Shown: positions 18,279 to 28,576, counted from the first letter of the stretch. The stretch is DNA of 64,000 nucleotides from Akkermansiaceae bacterium (GCA_051251915.1 JBPOGF010000018.1:39093-103092); one strand, 5' to 3'. A program made the numbers and translations. Notes: a model not told the origin generated them from the sequence alone.

Positions 18279-18911
18279 CTATTCTTCTGGCTTTAGGTAT
18301 CTCAGCTGATGCATTTCTTTTCCTTCTGCTTCCCATTGGAGTTGGAAGTCTGTTTTTGGGTAGAAGAAGGTGTCATCGTTCCATTCTAGTGGGGTGAATT
18401 TTTTGAAGGTGTCCATTTCTTCGCAGACCCACTCGAAGTATTCTGGGTGGTCTGTCTTGAAGCAGAATTCGCCGCCGGGTTTGAGGACGGTGTTGAGGCA
18501 TTCTAGGAAATCTTGCTGGACTAGGCGGCGGCGGTGGTGGCGTGCTTTTGGCCATGGATCTGGACAGAGTAGGTGGAGGCGGTCGATGGAGTGTTTTGGG
18601 AAGAGGTATTCGATGGTGTATTTGCTTTCCAGTCTGAGTACTTTGCAGTTGGTGAGGCCGGCGCGATGGGCTTTGCGGGCGACTTTTTTGACGCGACCTA
18701 GGAGGCGTTCTATGCCGAGGAAGTTTCTTTCAGGGAATTGTTTAGCCATGGCGATGAGGAATGAGCCGTCACCGCAGCCGAGGTCGACTTCTAGGGGCGC
18801 GTCATTGCCGAAGATTTCATTTTCGGACATGCGTGCGAAGTAGTCGCTTGGCATGAACTCGCAGTTTTCTGGTTGGCGTTGTTTGGTTTGTTCCTGAGGA
18901 GTAGATTCCAT
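18279..18911 (-). CDS. trmB: tRNA (guanine-N7)-methyltransferase
   Basis: EVDLGCGDG, NFLGIE, PDPWPKARHHRRRL, KTD. Confidence 0.93.
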   Translation of the reverse strand: MESTPQEQTKQRQPENCEFMPSDYFARMSENEIFGNDAPLEVDLGCGDGSFLIAMAKQFPERNFLGIERLLGRVKKVARKAHRAGLTNCKVLRLESKYTIEYLFPKHSIDRLHLLCPDPWPKARHHRRRLVQQDFLECLNTVLKPGGEFCFKTDHPEYFEWVCEEMDTFKKFTPLEWNDDTFFYPKTDFQLQWEAEGKEMHQLRYLKPEE

Positions 18912-19009
18912 GAGTGGAGTCTGTACAGCATTGACGCACTATGCAAGTATGAGCGCACAAAATTATTTCAGTATTGATCATGTAATTTGAATTGTTTAGT
19001 ATGTTATGT

Positions 19010-19981
19010 ATGAGTCTTAATAAAAGCCTGTTTATTGTTCTTTCTACGATGTTGTTTCTTAATCAAATGGAGGTTGATGGAGCGAGCACTATGCGTGGGA
19101 CTTGGTTCTGGAGTTCAGCCTCTAATCCTTATGGTTCAGCTAATGTGGTTGGCGATGCTGCTAAGGAGGCTGCGGCGAGGAGTCATTTCGTGGATAATGG
19201 GATCAGCTTTGTTTATGGTTCTTATGGGAACAGGCCTGTCTCAGAAGAGGCGACTATTGCGGCTTGGAATACCTCATTGGATAGCTTGGGGATAGCGAGT
19301 CATTTGTTGATGGCTGAGAATAGCTGGATAGATCCTGCGAACCATACTAGCTTTACTGATAAGATTCAGGCACGTCTGTTAGATTTCAATGCTAGTGTGG
19401 CTAGTTCTGCGAAATTTGGATCACTCCATCTGGATATTGAGCCTCAGGCATTGGCTGAGTGGGGCACTGCCTCAGCTACTGAAAAGCGTGATTATTTATT
19501 TCAGCTTAGGGATACTTATGAAGTTGCTAGGGATTATCTAGATGACCATGGGGGGACGGATATAACCATAGCGGCAGATCTCCCGGTGTGGTTTGACTCT
19601 AGTGCCTCAATTGGCTGGACAGATACAGCTGAGCGGGATGCGTGGTATGCCGATGTGGGGACGCATCTTGATAGTGTTAGCTTGATGCCTTTTGACAGGG
19701 ACTCGTTCAGTTCGATAGTGAGCGGGGTTGAGTGGGAGTTTACAAATATCTCGGGGGCAGATGTGAGGGTGGGGCTGGAGGTTGATATACCGGGGACATG
19801 GGCTGATAATGCGGCATTTTTTGATATGGCTGACCAACTTGAAACTGAGTATGGCGAGGCGGCTGGAATAGATATTCAGAGTTATGCAAACTTTGCTGAT
19901 GCGACCATTGTGCCGGAGCCTTCTAGTGGTTCGCTGTTTATTATGTCAGCGGGATTACTAGCGGTGAGACGCAGGAAGTAG
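19010..19981 (+). CDS. PEP-CTERM exosortase-target protein with a possible glycoside-hydrolase-like TIM barrel
   Basis: C-terminal VPEPSSGSLFIMSAGLLAVRRRK; N-terminal signal peptide; LHLDIEP motif; start chosen from TTGATC-N17-TAGTAT (ORF track starts 18992). Confidence 0.8.
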   Translation: MSLNKSLFIVLSTMLFLNQMEVDGASTMRGTWFWSSASNPYGSANVVGDAAKEAAARSHFVDNGISFVYGSYGNRPVSEEATIAAWNTSLDSLGIASHLLMAENSWIDPANHTSFTDKIQARLLDFNASVASSAKFGSLHLDIEPQALAEWGTASATEKRDYLFQLRDTYEVARDYLDDHGGTDITIAADLPVWFDSSASIGWTDTAERDAWYADVGTHLDSVSLMPFDRDSFSSIVSGVEWEFTNISGADVRVGLEVDIPGTWADNAAFFDMADQLETEYGEAAGIDIQSYANFADATIVPEPSSGSLFIMSAGLLAVRRRK

Positions 19982-19991
19982 TGGTGAACTT

Positions 19992-20720
19992 TTATTTTGC
20001 TAGCTCGTGTTTGATGACGCTGAGGCAGAAGAGGGTGGCGGTTTCTACGCGGAGGACGATGTCGCCGAGGGTTGCTGGCTGGTAGTCTGCAGCTAGGATT
20101 TGATGGTATTCGGAGTCTGAGAAGTCTCCTTCGGGGCCGATGAGGAAGCTTGCAGATTGGGGGCTTGTTGTGAACATTTCGGCGAGAGGGCGACTTGTGG
20201 GGAGTAGGGCGGCTACGAGGTTGAGTTCGGCTGATACGCGGTTAGTTAGCCAATCATTGAATTTTCTGGCAGGGTGGATGGTTGGTAGATAGTTTTGGCC
20301 ACATTGTTTGCAGGCTTCGAGGGCGATTCTTTCCCATTTGGCGACCTTTTTATCCATTTGTTCTGCTCGGGCTATGGTGTGTTCCGTGATGAGTGGCTGG
20401 ATGGATGTGATGCCTAGTTCGACTGCTTTTTGGACGATGAGTTCCATGTTGCCGCCTTTGGGGATGGATTGGATGAGGTGTATTTCTGGTGGTTTGTTAG
20501 AGGTGGAGGGGGTGTTGTTTAGGAGGATTTCCACTCTATCTTTAGCTAGTGATGTGATCTGTCCTTGGGCTGCATTTCCTTCGCCGTCGAAGACTTCAAT
20601 GGTCTCGCCGAGCTTTGATCTCAGGACCCGGGTGCAGTGGTGGGCTTCGTCGCCAGTCAGCGCGATGTGCGCAGGCTGCCATTGTGCGGCAGGGAGGAAG
20701 TAGCGGCTGATAGAATTCAT
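19992..20720 (-). CDS. rsmE: 16S rRNA m3U1498 methyltransferase
   Basis: HHCTRVLR, QKAVELG, EACKQC, IGPEGDFS, LRVETA. Confidence 0.93.
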   Translation of the reverse strand: MNSISRYFLPAAQWQPAHIALTGDEAHHCTRVLRSKLGETIEVFDGEGNAAQGQITSLAKDRVEILLNNTPSTSNKPPEIHLIQSIPKGGNMELIVQKAVELGITSIQPLITEHTIARAEQMDKKVAKWERIALEACKQCGQNYLPTIHPARKFNDWLTNRVSAELNLVAALLPTSRPLAEMFTTSPQSASFLIGPEGDFSDSEYHQILAADYQPATLGDIVLRVETATLFCLSVIKHELAK

Positions 20721-20812
20721 GCACTATGTAGTTCTATTTGAGATGGGCAGTCAAGTTATACCATTGGGGTTTTTGTTGAATGAAACTGGTGTATGAAAAA
20801 CAGACTTTACAA

Positions 20813-20844
20813 AACGAGTTTTATCGTTACGTTAATTATCGTTA
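20813..20844 (+). promoter_or_regulatory. Putative ArsR operator overlapping its own promoter
   Basis: AACGA-N6-TCGTT palindrome (20813-20828) and TTATCGTTA direct repeat (20821, 20836), within and just after TTTACA-N16-TACGTT. Confidence 0.5.
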
Positions 20845-21197
20845 TGAGTGATCCCACCCAATTTTTTAAGACATTATCGGATTCTACCCGCTGGAGGATT
20901 GTGAGATTGGTGAGCGAGCATACGCTATGTATCTGTGAGTTGGCAGATATTTTAGGAATGCCGCAGTCATCGGTATCGAGCCATGTTCAGATCATCCGCA
21001 AGGCTGAGCTGTTGGATAGTGAGCGGGTGGGGAAGTGGAGTTACTTTAAGATTAAGCCTGCTTATCTTCCATTGTTAGAGGGGATTTTAGAGCATTTCCC
21101 AGAGGATGAAACATTTGCTGAGGATCGGATCAAGACCTTGTCTAGGTTGTCAGATAGAGAGAGCAGTTGTTGTCCAAGACCCGAGAGACTTTCGTAA
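20844..21197 (+). CDS. arsR: ArsR/SmtB family transcriptional repressor
   Basis: FKTLSDSTRWRI, LCICEL, QSSVSSH; C-terminal CC; likely start ATG 20844 (ORF track starts 20793). Confidence 0.85.
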   Translation: MSDPTQFFKTLSDSTRWRIVRLVSEHTLCICELADILGMPQSSVSSHVQIIRKAELLDSERVGKWSYFKIKPAYLPLLEGILEHFPEDETFAEDRIKTLSRLSDRESSCCPRPERLS

Positions 21198-21227
21198 TAC
21201 TATAAACCATCAAACCAATTAAATAAT

Positions 21228-21710
21228 ATGAATATTAATGAACTAAAATCACTACTTTCTAGCTATTCAGAGCTGTATTTCAGAATTAAGTTACCTGGTG
21301 GAGGAGCGGTGCCGCTTTCCTTTCACGTGACTGAGGTAGGTCATGTGCATAAGACATTCTTAGATTGTGGGGGCAAGCGGAGAGAGAGACAGAGTTGTCA
21401 GCTTCAAATCTGGGTGGGGCAAGACTATGACCATAGGATAGAAACGGGTAAGATGGCTGCCATTTTAGAGAAAGCTGGAGAGTTGTTACCGGACGACAAT
21501 CTTCCGGTAGAGATAGAGTACGAAGATCAAGTGATCTCTCAGTATACTATCTCTGGGCACAGTGTAGAGGCTGATGCTGTAATTCTGGAGTTGGCTCATA
21601 AGCACACGGAGTGTCTTGCGCCTGAGCTTTGTGGGTTGCCTCCATTGCCTGGGGCTGCTGCTTCTGAGAGAAAAGAAGCTAGCTGCTGTGGCCCATCTGG
21701 CTGTTGTTAG
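21228..21710 (+). CDS. DUF6428-like protein, often found with arsenic-resistance genes
   Basis: FHVTEVG...FLDCGG, LQIW, IEY, HTECLA; Cys-rich tail SCCGPSGCC; follows arsR. Confidence 0.7.
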   Translation: MNINELKSLLSSYSELYFRIKLPGGGAVPLSFHVTEVGHVHKTFLDCGGKRRERQSCQLQIWVGQDYDHRIETGKMAAILEKAGELLPDDNLPVEIEYEDQVISQYTISGHSVEADAVILELAHKHTECLAPELCGLPPLPGAAASERKEASCCGPSGCC

Positions 21711-21927
21711 TGGCGTTTTGGGGTCGCTGAGCTGGGTGTGTGAAAATATCTGGCCAGCGATTCATGTTGCATAATGCTGTAAATGAGTTGCTTAGAGGTG
21801 TGTTGGTAATGAGGTGGAATAAAAGTGAAATTTATAGTAGAAAAAACTTGCAATGTGAGGGGAAATAATGCAATTTCCCGTCCGCCTCACCGGAGCTAAC
21901 TCAGCAAAGAAGAGGCAAACAAGGAAC

Positions 21928-22003
<76 letters not shown>

Positions 22004-22015
22004 TTTCTTTGCTAT

Positions 22016-22051
22016 GGGCTACAACTTCTGGTTGTGGCCCTTGTTTTTTTT
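22016..22051 (+). terminator. Intrinsic terminator after tRNA
   Basis: GGGCTACAAC-TTCTG-GTTGTGGCCC plus T run. Confidence 0.85.
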
Positions 22052-22229
22052 AGTGGGTATGAGTTTGAGCTCTTCTGTCCTATGAAATAGGGATAGAAAA
22101 TGTTGAGGATGGTATTAGATTTTTGGTAATGAATTTTATGCTATTAAGGAGGGGGGTATTGGTGAGGTAGAGAAATTGTTTCTCTAAAGAGCGAAAATAG
22201 TAAAGACTCTGGATCATCTAGATAGACTC

Positions 22230-24227
22230 ATGCGCGATACGATCATACAATATTTACTGACCCTCATCACTTCGCTGGTTATGCTTGGGGGGGGAGAGGC
22301 TGTGGCGCAGGATGGTTTTTATCATGAGTGGTCGGTTGGGCAATTGGAGCGGCGATTAATGGAGATAGATGGTGAGTTAGAGGAATTGGCTAGTTTGAGT
22401 TTTCGGAGTGGAGTTGGGGCAATCGGCTATCGGAGTAACACGCATGAGACTAGTGATGAGCTTGAAACTATTCAGATAGATTTGGGAAAAATCCAGACGA
22501 TAGAGGAGATCATCTTGGTGCCTTGTATCTGGCGTGATAGTAAGAGGGGGTTTTTGGGAGATGGTTTTCCTGTGGAGTTCCGTGTTATCGCTGGGTCAGA
22601 GGAGAATCCTGCGGGGACTGTGGTGGCGAGTGTAAGGAAAGAGGATAAAGTGTTACCTAGGATAGCTCCTCTTGTGATTTCTTGTGGTGGCATAAGGGCC
22701 TCTTGGGTGAGGATAGAGGCGGATGTTTTAACGCAGAGGGCTTGGGATAAAAAATACATTTTGCAGTTGGCTGAGATTTTGGTTTTTGATGAACATGAAA
22801 ATGTAGCGTTACGTATGCCTGTGGAGGCTTCTTCTCCGGTGTTGTATGAAGGGGGGGCTAGGGCTAAGGAATATTTAGTAGATGGTTTTTTGCCTTATTT
22901 AATGGATGCGGCTACGGGTGAACAGAGTATTGCTTATGTTAGTAAGGTAGGGATAGGTGAGCAGCCAGAAATAGTGATAGATCTGGGTGAATCATACCCA
23001 TTAAGCCGGATACGACTGCACGCGATTGATGTCAGTGACACCGTTCCGCAGGCTGTTCCGGATGACTATGGTATGCCGCGTAAATTATTAGTTGAGGGTG
23101 CGAATGAAAAGGATTTCTCAGATAGTGTGAAGCTAACGGAGTATATTATGGAAACTATTCAGGATGCCGGGCCTGTTGTGATGCGAGGGTTTCCAGAAAC
23201 AAGCTGTCGGTATGTTCGTCTAACGGCGATAGAGCCATTTAAGTCTATTGAGATGCTTGGTTCTGATTCTCAGATTGGTTTTGCTGAGATTGAGTTAATT
23301 TCTAATGGGGTAAATGTGGCAAGGGGTGCAGGGGTTGAAGTGGATTTTGGTAAGCTTAGTCCAGGTAGGGCGCTGGGAGCGCTCACTGATGGTAGGAACC
23401 TGTATGGTGACATTTTGTACTTCAGGGATTGGCTAAATGAGCTGGCAAAACGACATGAACTAGAGGTGGAGCGGCCTCTTATCGTTGCTGAGCTGGATCA
23501 GCATTACGCTAGGCAAAAGCGGAATTTTAACTACATGTTATGGTTGGTGGCATTTTTGATCATTGGTATGATCATAGCAATGCTTATAGGTAGAATGGTT
23601 AGGATGAGGCATGTGTCAAACATTCGGCTTCGGCTAGCTGCGGATCTTCATGATGAGCTGGGAGCGAATATGCATACTATTGGTTTGTTGAGTGATCTTG
23701 CTTCAGAGACTGATGATGATCCTGAAGAGTTGGCTACATTACATCGTAGAATAAGATCAGAGACGGAGCGTTCTGGTATTGCTGTTAGACACTGTACAAA
23801 TATGTTAGAGGCTGAGGGTTTGTATACTGATATGAAGGAAGATATGGCCCGGGCATCGAGAAGGATCATGGCGAAACTTGAGCATGACATAGTGATAGAG
23901 GGGGAGGCTCATCTGGGGAGGCTAACGCAGCAAACTCGGATTGATCTCTATTTGTTTTTTAAAGAATGTCTGGTGAATATTAGTAAGCACTCTGGTGCGA
24001 CTGAGTTTAAGACGCGACTGATTGCTGATCGTAAGCAGGTGTTGCTAAGCATTAGCGATAATGGGCGAGGGGTGGATGAGGGAGAGCGTATTCCTAAGTC
24101 TCTGAAACGCCGGGCGAAATTACTAAGAGCGGCTCTCCATGTGGAGACTCCAGAGAGTGGCGGGACGTCGATTACTTTGACCTTGCCGGTGAGGAGCTAT
24201 GGGTTCCGTAGAAATAAACAATTATGA
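22230..24227 (+). CDS. Membrane sensor histidine kinase (HisKA_3 type) with two periplasmic discoidin/F5-8C-like domains
   Basis: Signal peptide; repeated IDLG...P..F...VR..A...AEI..NVA units; TM; LAADLHDELG H-box; ECLVNISKHSGA, DNGRG, GGT. Confidence 0.85.
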   Translation: MRDTIIQYLLTLITSLVMLGGGEAVAQDGFYHEWSVGQLERRLMEIDGELEELASLSFRSGVGAIGYRSNTHETSDELETIQIDLGKIQTIEEIILVPCIWRDSKRGFLGDGFPVEFRVIAGSEENPAGTVVASVRKEDKVLPRIAPLVISCGGIRASWVRIEADVLTQRAWDKKYILQLAEILVFDEHENVALRMPVEASSPVLYEGGARAKEYLVDGFLPYLMDAATGEQSIAYVSKVGIGEQPEIVIDLGESYPLSRIRLHAIDVSDTVPQAVPDDYGMPRKLLVEGANEKDFSDSVKLTEYIMETIQDAGPVVMRGFPETSCRYVRLTAIEPFKSIEMLGSDSQIGFAEIELISNGVNVARGAGVEVDFGKLSPGRALGALTDGRNLYGDILYFRDWLNELAKRHELEVERPLIVAELDQHYARQKRNFNYMLWLVAFLIIGMIIAMLIGRMVRMRHVSNIRLRLAADLHDELGANMHTIGLLSDLASETDDDPEELATLHRRIRSETERSGIAVRHCTNMLEAEGLYTDMKEDMARASRRIMAKLEHDIVIEGEAHLGRLTQQTRIDLYLFFKECLVNISKHSGATEFKTRLIADRKQVLLSISDNGRGVDEGERIPKSLKRRAKLLRAALHVETPESGGTSITLTLPVRSYGFRRNKQL

Positions 24228-24877
24228 GTGAGAAGATTCAAATAATGATGGTAGAAGACCATCCTGAGTATCGAGAAATCGTTGAGATTGCTATTAATCG
24301 GCAGCCGGATATGGATTTGGTGAGTCAATTTGGTACCGCTGAGCGGGCGTTGAGGAGTCTGAATGAGAAACAGGCTGCGGCAAAGCCAGAGGTAATATTT
24401 TTGGATCTTAATCTTCCTGGGATGAGTGGGATACAGGCAATTCCTTATTTTAAGACGGAGTTGCCTGATACAAAAATCATTGTTTTAACGCAGTCAGATT
24501 CTGAGGAGGATGTGCTTAAAGCGATCATGCAGGGGGCGTCTGGTTATCTGTTAAAATCAGCAACGGTGAGTCAGCTCACTGAGGCTGTTAGAACGGTGAT
24601 GTCTGGTGGTGCGTCTTTGGATCCGCTGGTTGCTCGATTTATTTTGAATACGATGAAGGCGACACTCCCTCAAAAGGAAATTTCTCAGATGCTTACAGAG
24701 CGAGAGTTGGAGGTGCTTGTTTTGTTGGGAGAGGGATTGGTTAAAAAGGAGATTGGGGAGAAGCTTGAGATTAGTGTTTCGACGGTGGTTACTCATGTTA
24801 GTCATATTTACGAAAAGCTGAATGTGAAGAATGCGCCTTCGGCTATAGCTAAGGCTTTTCGTTTGGGGCTTCTGTAA
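24224..24877 (+). CDS. NarL/FixJ family response regulator
   Basis: VEDH, FLDLNLPG, GASGYLLK, LTERELEVL LuxR HTH; ATGA overlap with the kinase gene. Confidence 0.92.
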   Translation: MSEKIQIMMVEDHPEYREIVEIAINRQPDMDLVSQFGTAERALRSLNEKQAAAKPEVIFLDLNLPGMSGIQAIPYFKTELPDTKIIVLTQSDSEEDVLKAIMQGASGYLLKSATVSQLTEAVRTVMSGGASLDPLVARFILNTMKATLPQKEISQMLTERELEVLVLLGEGLVKKEIGEKLEISVSTVVTHVSHIYEKLNVKNAPSAIAKAFRLGLL

Positions 24878-24964
24878 TGTGCTGAGAAGGTAGTTTTGGG
24901 TGGAATGTGATTTAGGGAATCACTTCTTACTCGTAATGGGGGGTGGTTTATCTATGGTTTGCGT

Positions 24965-25771
24965 ATGCCATCATTTACGTATGACGATTTTACAATGCAC
25001 TATGAGATTCATGGTGAGGGGGAGCCGGTGCTCTGCATTATGGGGATAACTGCTCCTGGGGCTGTGTGGGAGGTGCATGTGGAGGAGTGGAAGAAGTCAT
25101 TTCAGTGTATCACTCCGGATAACCGTGGGGTGGGATTTAGTGATAAGCCGGTGGGGGAGTATACGAGTGAGATGATGGCGGATGATCATGTGAGGTTGCT
25201 GGATCATTTAGGAATTGAGAAGGCTCATGTGGTGGGTTGTTCTATGGGGAGTGTGATTGCTCAGCAGGTGGCGTTGCGTCATCCGGAGCGGGTGAGGAGT
25301 GTGACGCTGATGTGCTCGTGGGCGCGTTGTGATGCTTATGCGAAGTCTGTGTTTGGGCATATTTTGAAGGCGAAGGCGCATTTTAGGGCGGAGGATTTTA
25401 TGGAGTATATTCAGTTGTTGATTTTTGATAAGCGCAGCTGGGATGATGCGGAGTTTCTTGCTGGTTTGGTGGAGGGGCGTGAGGCGGCTGCGGCTGATCC
25501 GTATCCTCAGCCTTTGCATGGGCTGGAGGGGCAGTGTGCGGCTTGTGTGGAGCATGATACGGTGGGTGAGTTGAAGAATCTAACAGCTCCTTGTTTGGTG
25601 ATTGGTGGGGAGAATGATATATTTACTCCTAGGTGGATGGCGGAGGAGATTCATGGGTTGTTGCCAAATAGTGAATTTCATATGTATCCGGATTCTGGGC
25701 ATGGGTTCCATTTTGAGAATGTGGAGGACTTTAATGAGCGGGTGGCGGTGTTTATGAGGGCTAATAGCTAA
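24965..25771 (+). CDS. Alpha/beta fold hydrolase
   Basis: DNRGVGFS, nucleophile elbow GCSMG, GENDIF, SGH; likely ATG 24965 (ORF track starts 24959). Confidence 0.88.
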   Translation: MPSFTYDDFTMHYEIHGEGEPVLCIMGITAPGAVWEVHVEEWKKSFQCITPDNRGVGFSDKPVGEYTSEMMADDHVRLLDHLGIEKAHVVGCSMGSVIAQQVALRHPERVRSVTLMCSWARCDAYAKSVFGHILKAKAHFRAEDFMEYIQLLIFDKRSWDDAEFLAGLVEGREAAAADPYPQPLHGLEGQCAACVEHDTVGELKNLTAPCLVIGGENDIFTPRWMAEEIHGLLPNSEFHMYPDSGHGFHFENVEDFNERVAVFMRANS

Positions 25772-25788
25772 TTCAATTTTTATTTATT

Positions 25789-27459
25789 ATGTATTCAATA
25801 GGACTGGATTACGGGACAAATTCTTGTCGCTCACTGATTGTTAATTTAGAGACTGGGGAGGAGCTTGGCTCGGCGGTGTTTGACTATCCGTCTGGTGAGA
25901 TGGGGGTGCTGACGGATGCTGGTGATCCGAATGTGGCGCGGCAGAATCCGCAGGATTATTTGGATGGGTGTGAGGTTATTGTTAGGGAGGCGATGAGGTT
26001 GACTGGGGAGATGGATGGTGATTTTTCTGCGGAGAAGGTGGTGGGGATTGGGGTGGATACTACGGGGTCGACGGTGATACCGGTGGCTGAGTGTGGAACG
26101 CCTTTGGCTTTGCTGGATGAGTTTAGAGGGAATTTGAATGCGGCGGTTTGGTTGTGGAAGGATCATACTTCTTATCGGGAGGCTGAGGCGATCACGGAGT
26201 TGGCTAAGGTGAAGCGTCCGGAGTATTTGGCGAAGTGTGGGGGGACGTATTCTTCTGAGTGGTGGTGGTCTAAGATTTTGCATTTGAAGAATGTGGATGG
26301 GGAGGTTTTTGAGGCGAGTTATTCGTTTGTGGAGCATTGTGATTGGCTGACGGCGGAGCTTGCTGGGGATACGAATCCGTTGACGTTGAAGCGGTCGGTT
26401 TGTGCTGCTGGGCATAAGGCGATGTTTAGTGATGCCTGGGGTGGGTTGCCTGATGTTGAGTTTTTAGCGGAGCTGGATCCGGCTTTGGCGGGTTTGAGGG
26501 AGAGGCTTTTTGAGAGGGTTTATGCTTCGGATGAAAGGGCTGGGGAGTTGTCTGCGGCTTGGGCTGAGAGGCTTGGGTTGCCTGTGGGGATAGCGATTGC
26601 TGTTGGGGCGTTTGATTGTCACATGGGTGCTGTTGGTGCTGGGGTGAAGGAGGGGACGTTGGTGAAGATTATTGGGACTTCGACTTGTGATATTACGGTG
26701 GCTGGTGCTGGTGTGGCTGATGTTCCTGGGTTATGTGGTCAGGTGGACTCTTCTGTGGTTCCTGGGTTTGTGGGGCTGGAGGCTGGGCAGTCTGCGGTGG
26801 GGGATTTGTTTTTGTGGTTGGTGAATAATTTGGTTCCGGAGAGTTATGGGGCGGATATGGGGGAGAAGTTTGCGAGTTTGAATCAATTTGTTAGAGAGAC
26901 AAAGCCTGGTGAGAGTGGGTTGATGGCGTTGGATTGGAATAATGGGAATAGGACGATTTTGACTGATGTGAGGCTGACGGGGATGTTGTTAGGGCAGACG
27001 TTGCATACTAAGGCGCATGAAATTTATAGGGCCTATATTGAGGCTACGGCTTTTGGTGCAGCTACGATTATTAGGCGGATGGAGGAGCATGGGGTGGAGG
27101 TGAATGAGGTGGTGAACACTGGTGGGATTTCACTGAAAAGTCCTGAGTTGATGCAGATTTATGCGGATGTGATAGGTAAGCCGATGCGGGTGTCGGCGGT
27201 GGATCAGACTTGTGCGATGGGGGCGGCTATTTTTGCTGCTGTGGCTGCTGGGTATTCAGATTTGGCGACGTTGCAGGGGCGTGCGGTGAAGTATCTGGAT
27301 GTGGTTTATGAGCCGATTGCTGAGAATGTGGAGGTGTATGCGGAGTTGTATCAGATTTACCGTCAGTTGCATGATGGGTTTGGTAGGACGGGGTGGAGTG
27401 GGACGATGGAGAATGTGATGAAGGATCTGATCAGGATCCGTGAACAACAGAGAAGATAA
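25789..27459 (+). CDS. araB: Ribulokinase
   Basis: IGLDYGTNSCR, GVDTTGST, LWKDHT, YSSEWWWSK, DWNNGNRT. Confidence 0.9.
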   Translation: MYSIGLDYGTNSCRSLIVNLETGEELGSAVFDYPSGEMGVLTDAGDPNVARQNPQDYLDGCEVIVREAMRLTGEMDGDFSAEKVVGIGVDTTGSTVIPVAECGTPLALLDEFRGNLNAAVWLWKDHTSYREAEAITELAKVKRPEYLAKCGGTYSSEWWWSKILHLKNVDGEVFEASYSFVEHCDWLTAELAGDTNPLTLKRSVCAAGHKAMFSDAWGGLPDVEFLAELDPALAGLRERLFERVYASDERAGELSAAWAERLGLPVGIAIAVGAFDCHMGAVGAGVKEGTLVKIIGTSTCDITVAGAGVADVPGLCGQVDSSVVPGFVGLEAGQSAVGDLFLWLVNNLVPESYGADMGEKFASLNQFVRETKPGESGLMALDWNNGNRTILTDVRLTGMLLGQTLHTKAHEIYRAYIEATAFGAATIIRRMEEHGVEVNEVVNTGGISLKSPELMQIYADVIGKPMRVSAVDQTCAMGAAIFAAVAAGYSDLATLQGRAVKYLDVVYEPIAENVEVYAELYQIYRQLHDGFGRTGWSGTMENVMKDLIRIREQQRR

Positions 27460-27464
27460 TTGAG

Positions 27465-28160
27465 ATGACGGATGAATTAAAACAACAGGTGGTGGATGCT
27501 AATAAGCGTCTTGTTTCTGCGGGGCTGGTGACTCTTACGTGGGGGAATGTGAGTGCGATTGATCGTGAGACTGGGTTGATTGCTATTAAGCCTAGTGGGG
27601 TGGATTATGATGCTCTGTGTGTGGAGAATATTGTGGTGGTGAATCTTGATGGTGATGTGGTGGAGGGGGAGTTTAGGCCATCGTCTGATACTAAGACGCA
27701 TCTTGAGTTGTATCGGAATTTTTCAGAGATTGGGGCGGTGGTGCATACTCATAGTCCGGGGGCGACGGCGTTTTCACAGGCTGGTAGGGATTTGCCCTGC
27801 TTGGGAACAACTCATGCGGATCATTTTTATGGGACGGTGCCACTGGTGCGTGCTTTGACGGCGAGTGAGGTGGCTGATGATTACGAGCACTATACGGGGG
27901 TGAGTATTGTGGAGCGTTTTGAGGAAGATGGCTTGAATCCTATTGAGATGCCTGGGGTGCTACTGAAGCATCATGCTCCGTTTACTTGGGGGAAGACGGC
28001 GGATAAGGCGGTAGAGAATAGCATTGCGCTGGAGGCTTGTGCTAATATGGCGATAGATGCGTATGCATTGAATCCTGGGGTGGGGGCAATTCCGCAGCAT
28101 ATTTTAGATCAGCATTATTTGCGTAAGCATGGGCCGGATGCTTATTATGGGCAGAAGTGA
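27465..28160 (+). CDS. araD: L-ribulose-5-phosphate 4-epimerase
   Basis: TWGNVS, IKPSGV, PSSDT, VHTHS, GTTHADHF, HYLRKHGPDAYYGQ. Confidence 0.95.
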   Translation: MTDELKQQVVDANKRLVSAGLVTLTWGNVSAIDRETGLIAIKPSGVDYDALCVENIVVVNLDGDVVEGEFRPSSDTKTHLELYRNFSEIGAVVHTHSPGATAFSQAGRDLPCLGTTHADHFYGTVPLVRALTASEVADDYEHYTGVSIVERFEEDGLNPIEMPGVLLKHHAPFTWGKTADKAVENSIALEACANMAIDAYALNPGVGAIPQHILDQHYLRKHGPDAYYGQK

Positions 28161-28165
28161 GCTTG

Positions 28166-28576
28166 TTAGTCTTGATCGAGTAGTTCTTTGTTTATGTGCT
28201 CTAGTTGTTTAGCGCGGTTTAGAGTGCTTGCGAAGCTAGAGCATAGATAAATAAAAGCTAGAGCGAAAATCACTGCGGCTAGGATGGCTAGTAGTGATAG
28301 AAACCATGAGTATGTTTGGAGGTGAAGGAGCTCGTCTAGGTGTTTTGTTTCCAGGTCAGGGTCATAGAATTCATAAAGACTTAATATTCGATGTTCTATG
28401 GAGAACTCTAGTAATGTTGTAACGAAGGCTAATGAAGAGCTGATGAGTAGTGTCCAAGAATTCGCAGTACGACGGGATTTAAAAACACATATTGAACCGA
28501 CGATGAATAGGGCTAGAATGACTAATTCTATTAACCAAATGAAGTAAAATGTGTAATTAGATGTTCCGTCTAACAT
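28166..28576 (-). CDS. Hypothetical membrane protein (about 3 TM segments)
   Basis: Hydrophobic segments; start abuts the tyrS stop. Confidence 0.6.
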   Translation of the reverse strand: MLDGTSNYTFYFIWLIELVILALFIVGSICVFKSRRTANSWTLLISSSLAFVTTLLEFSIEHRILSLYEFYDPDLETKHLDELLHLQTYSWFLSLLAILAAVIFALAFIYLCSSFASTLNRAKQLEHINKELLDQD

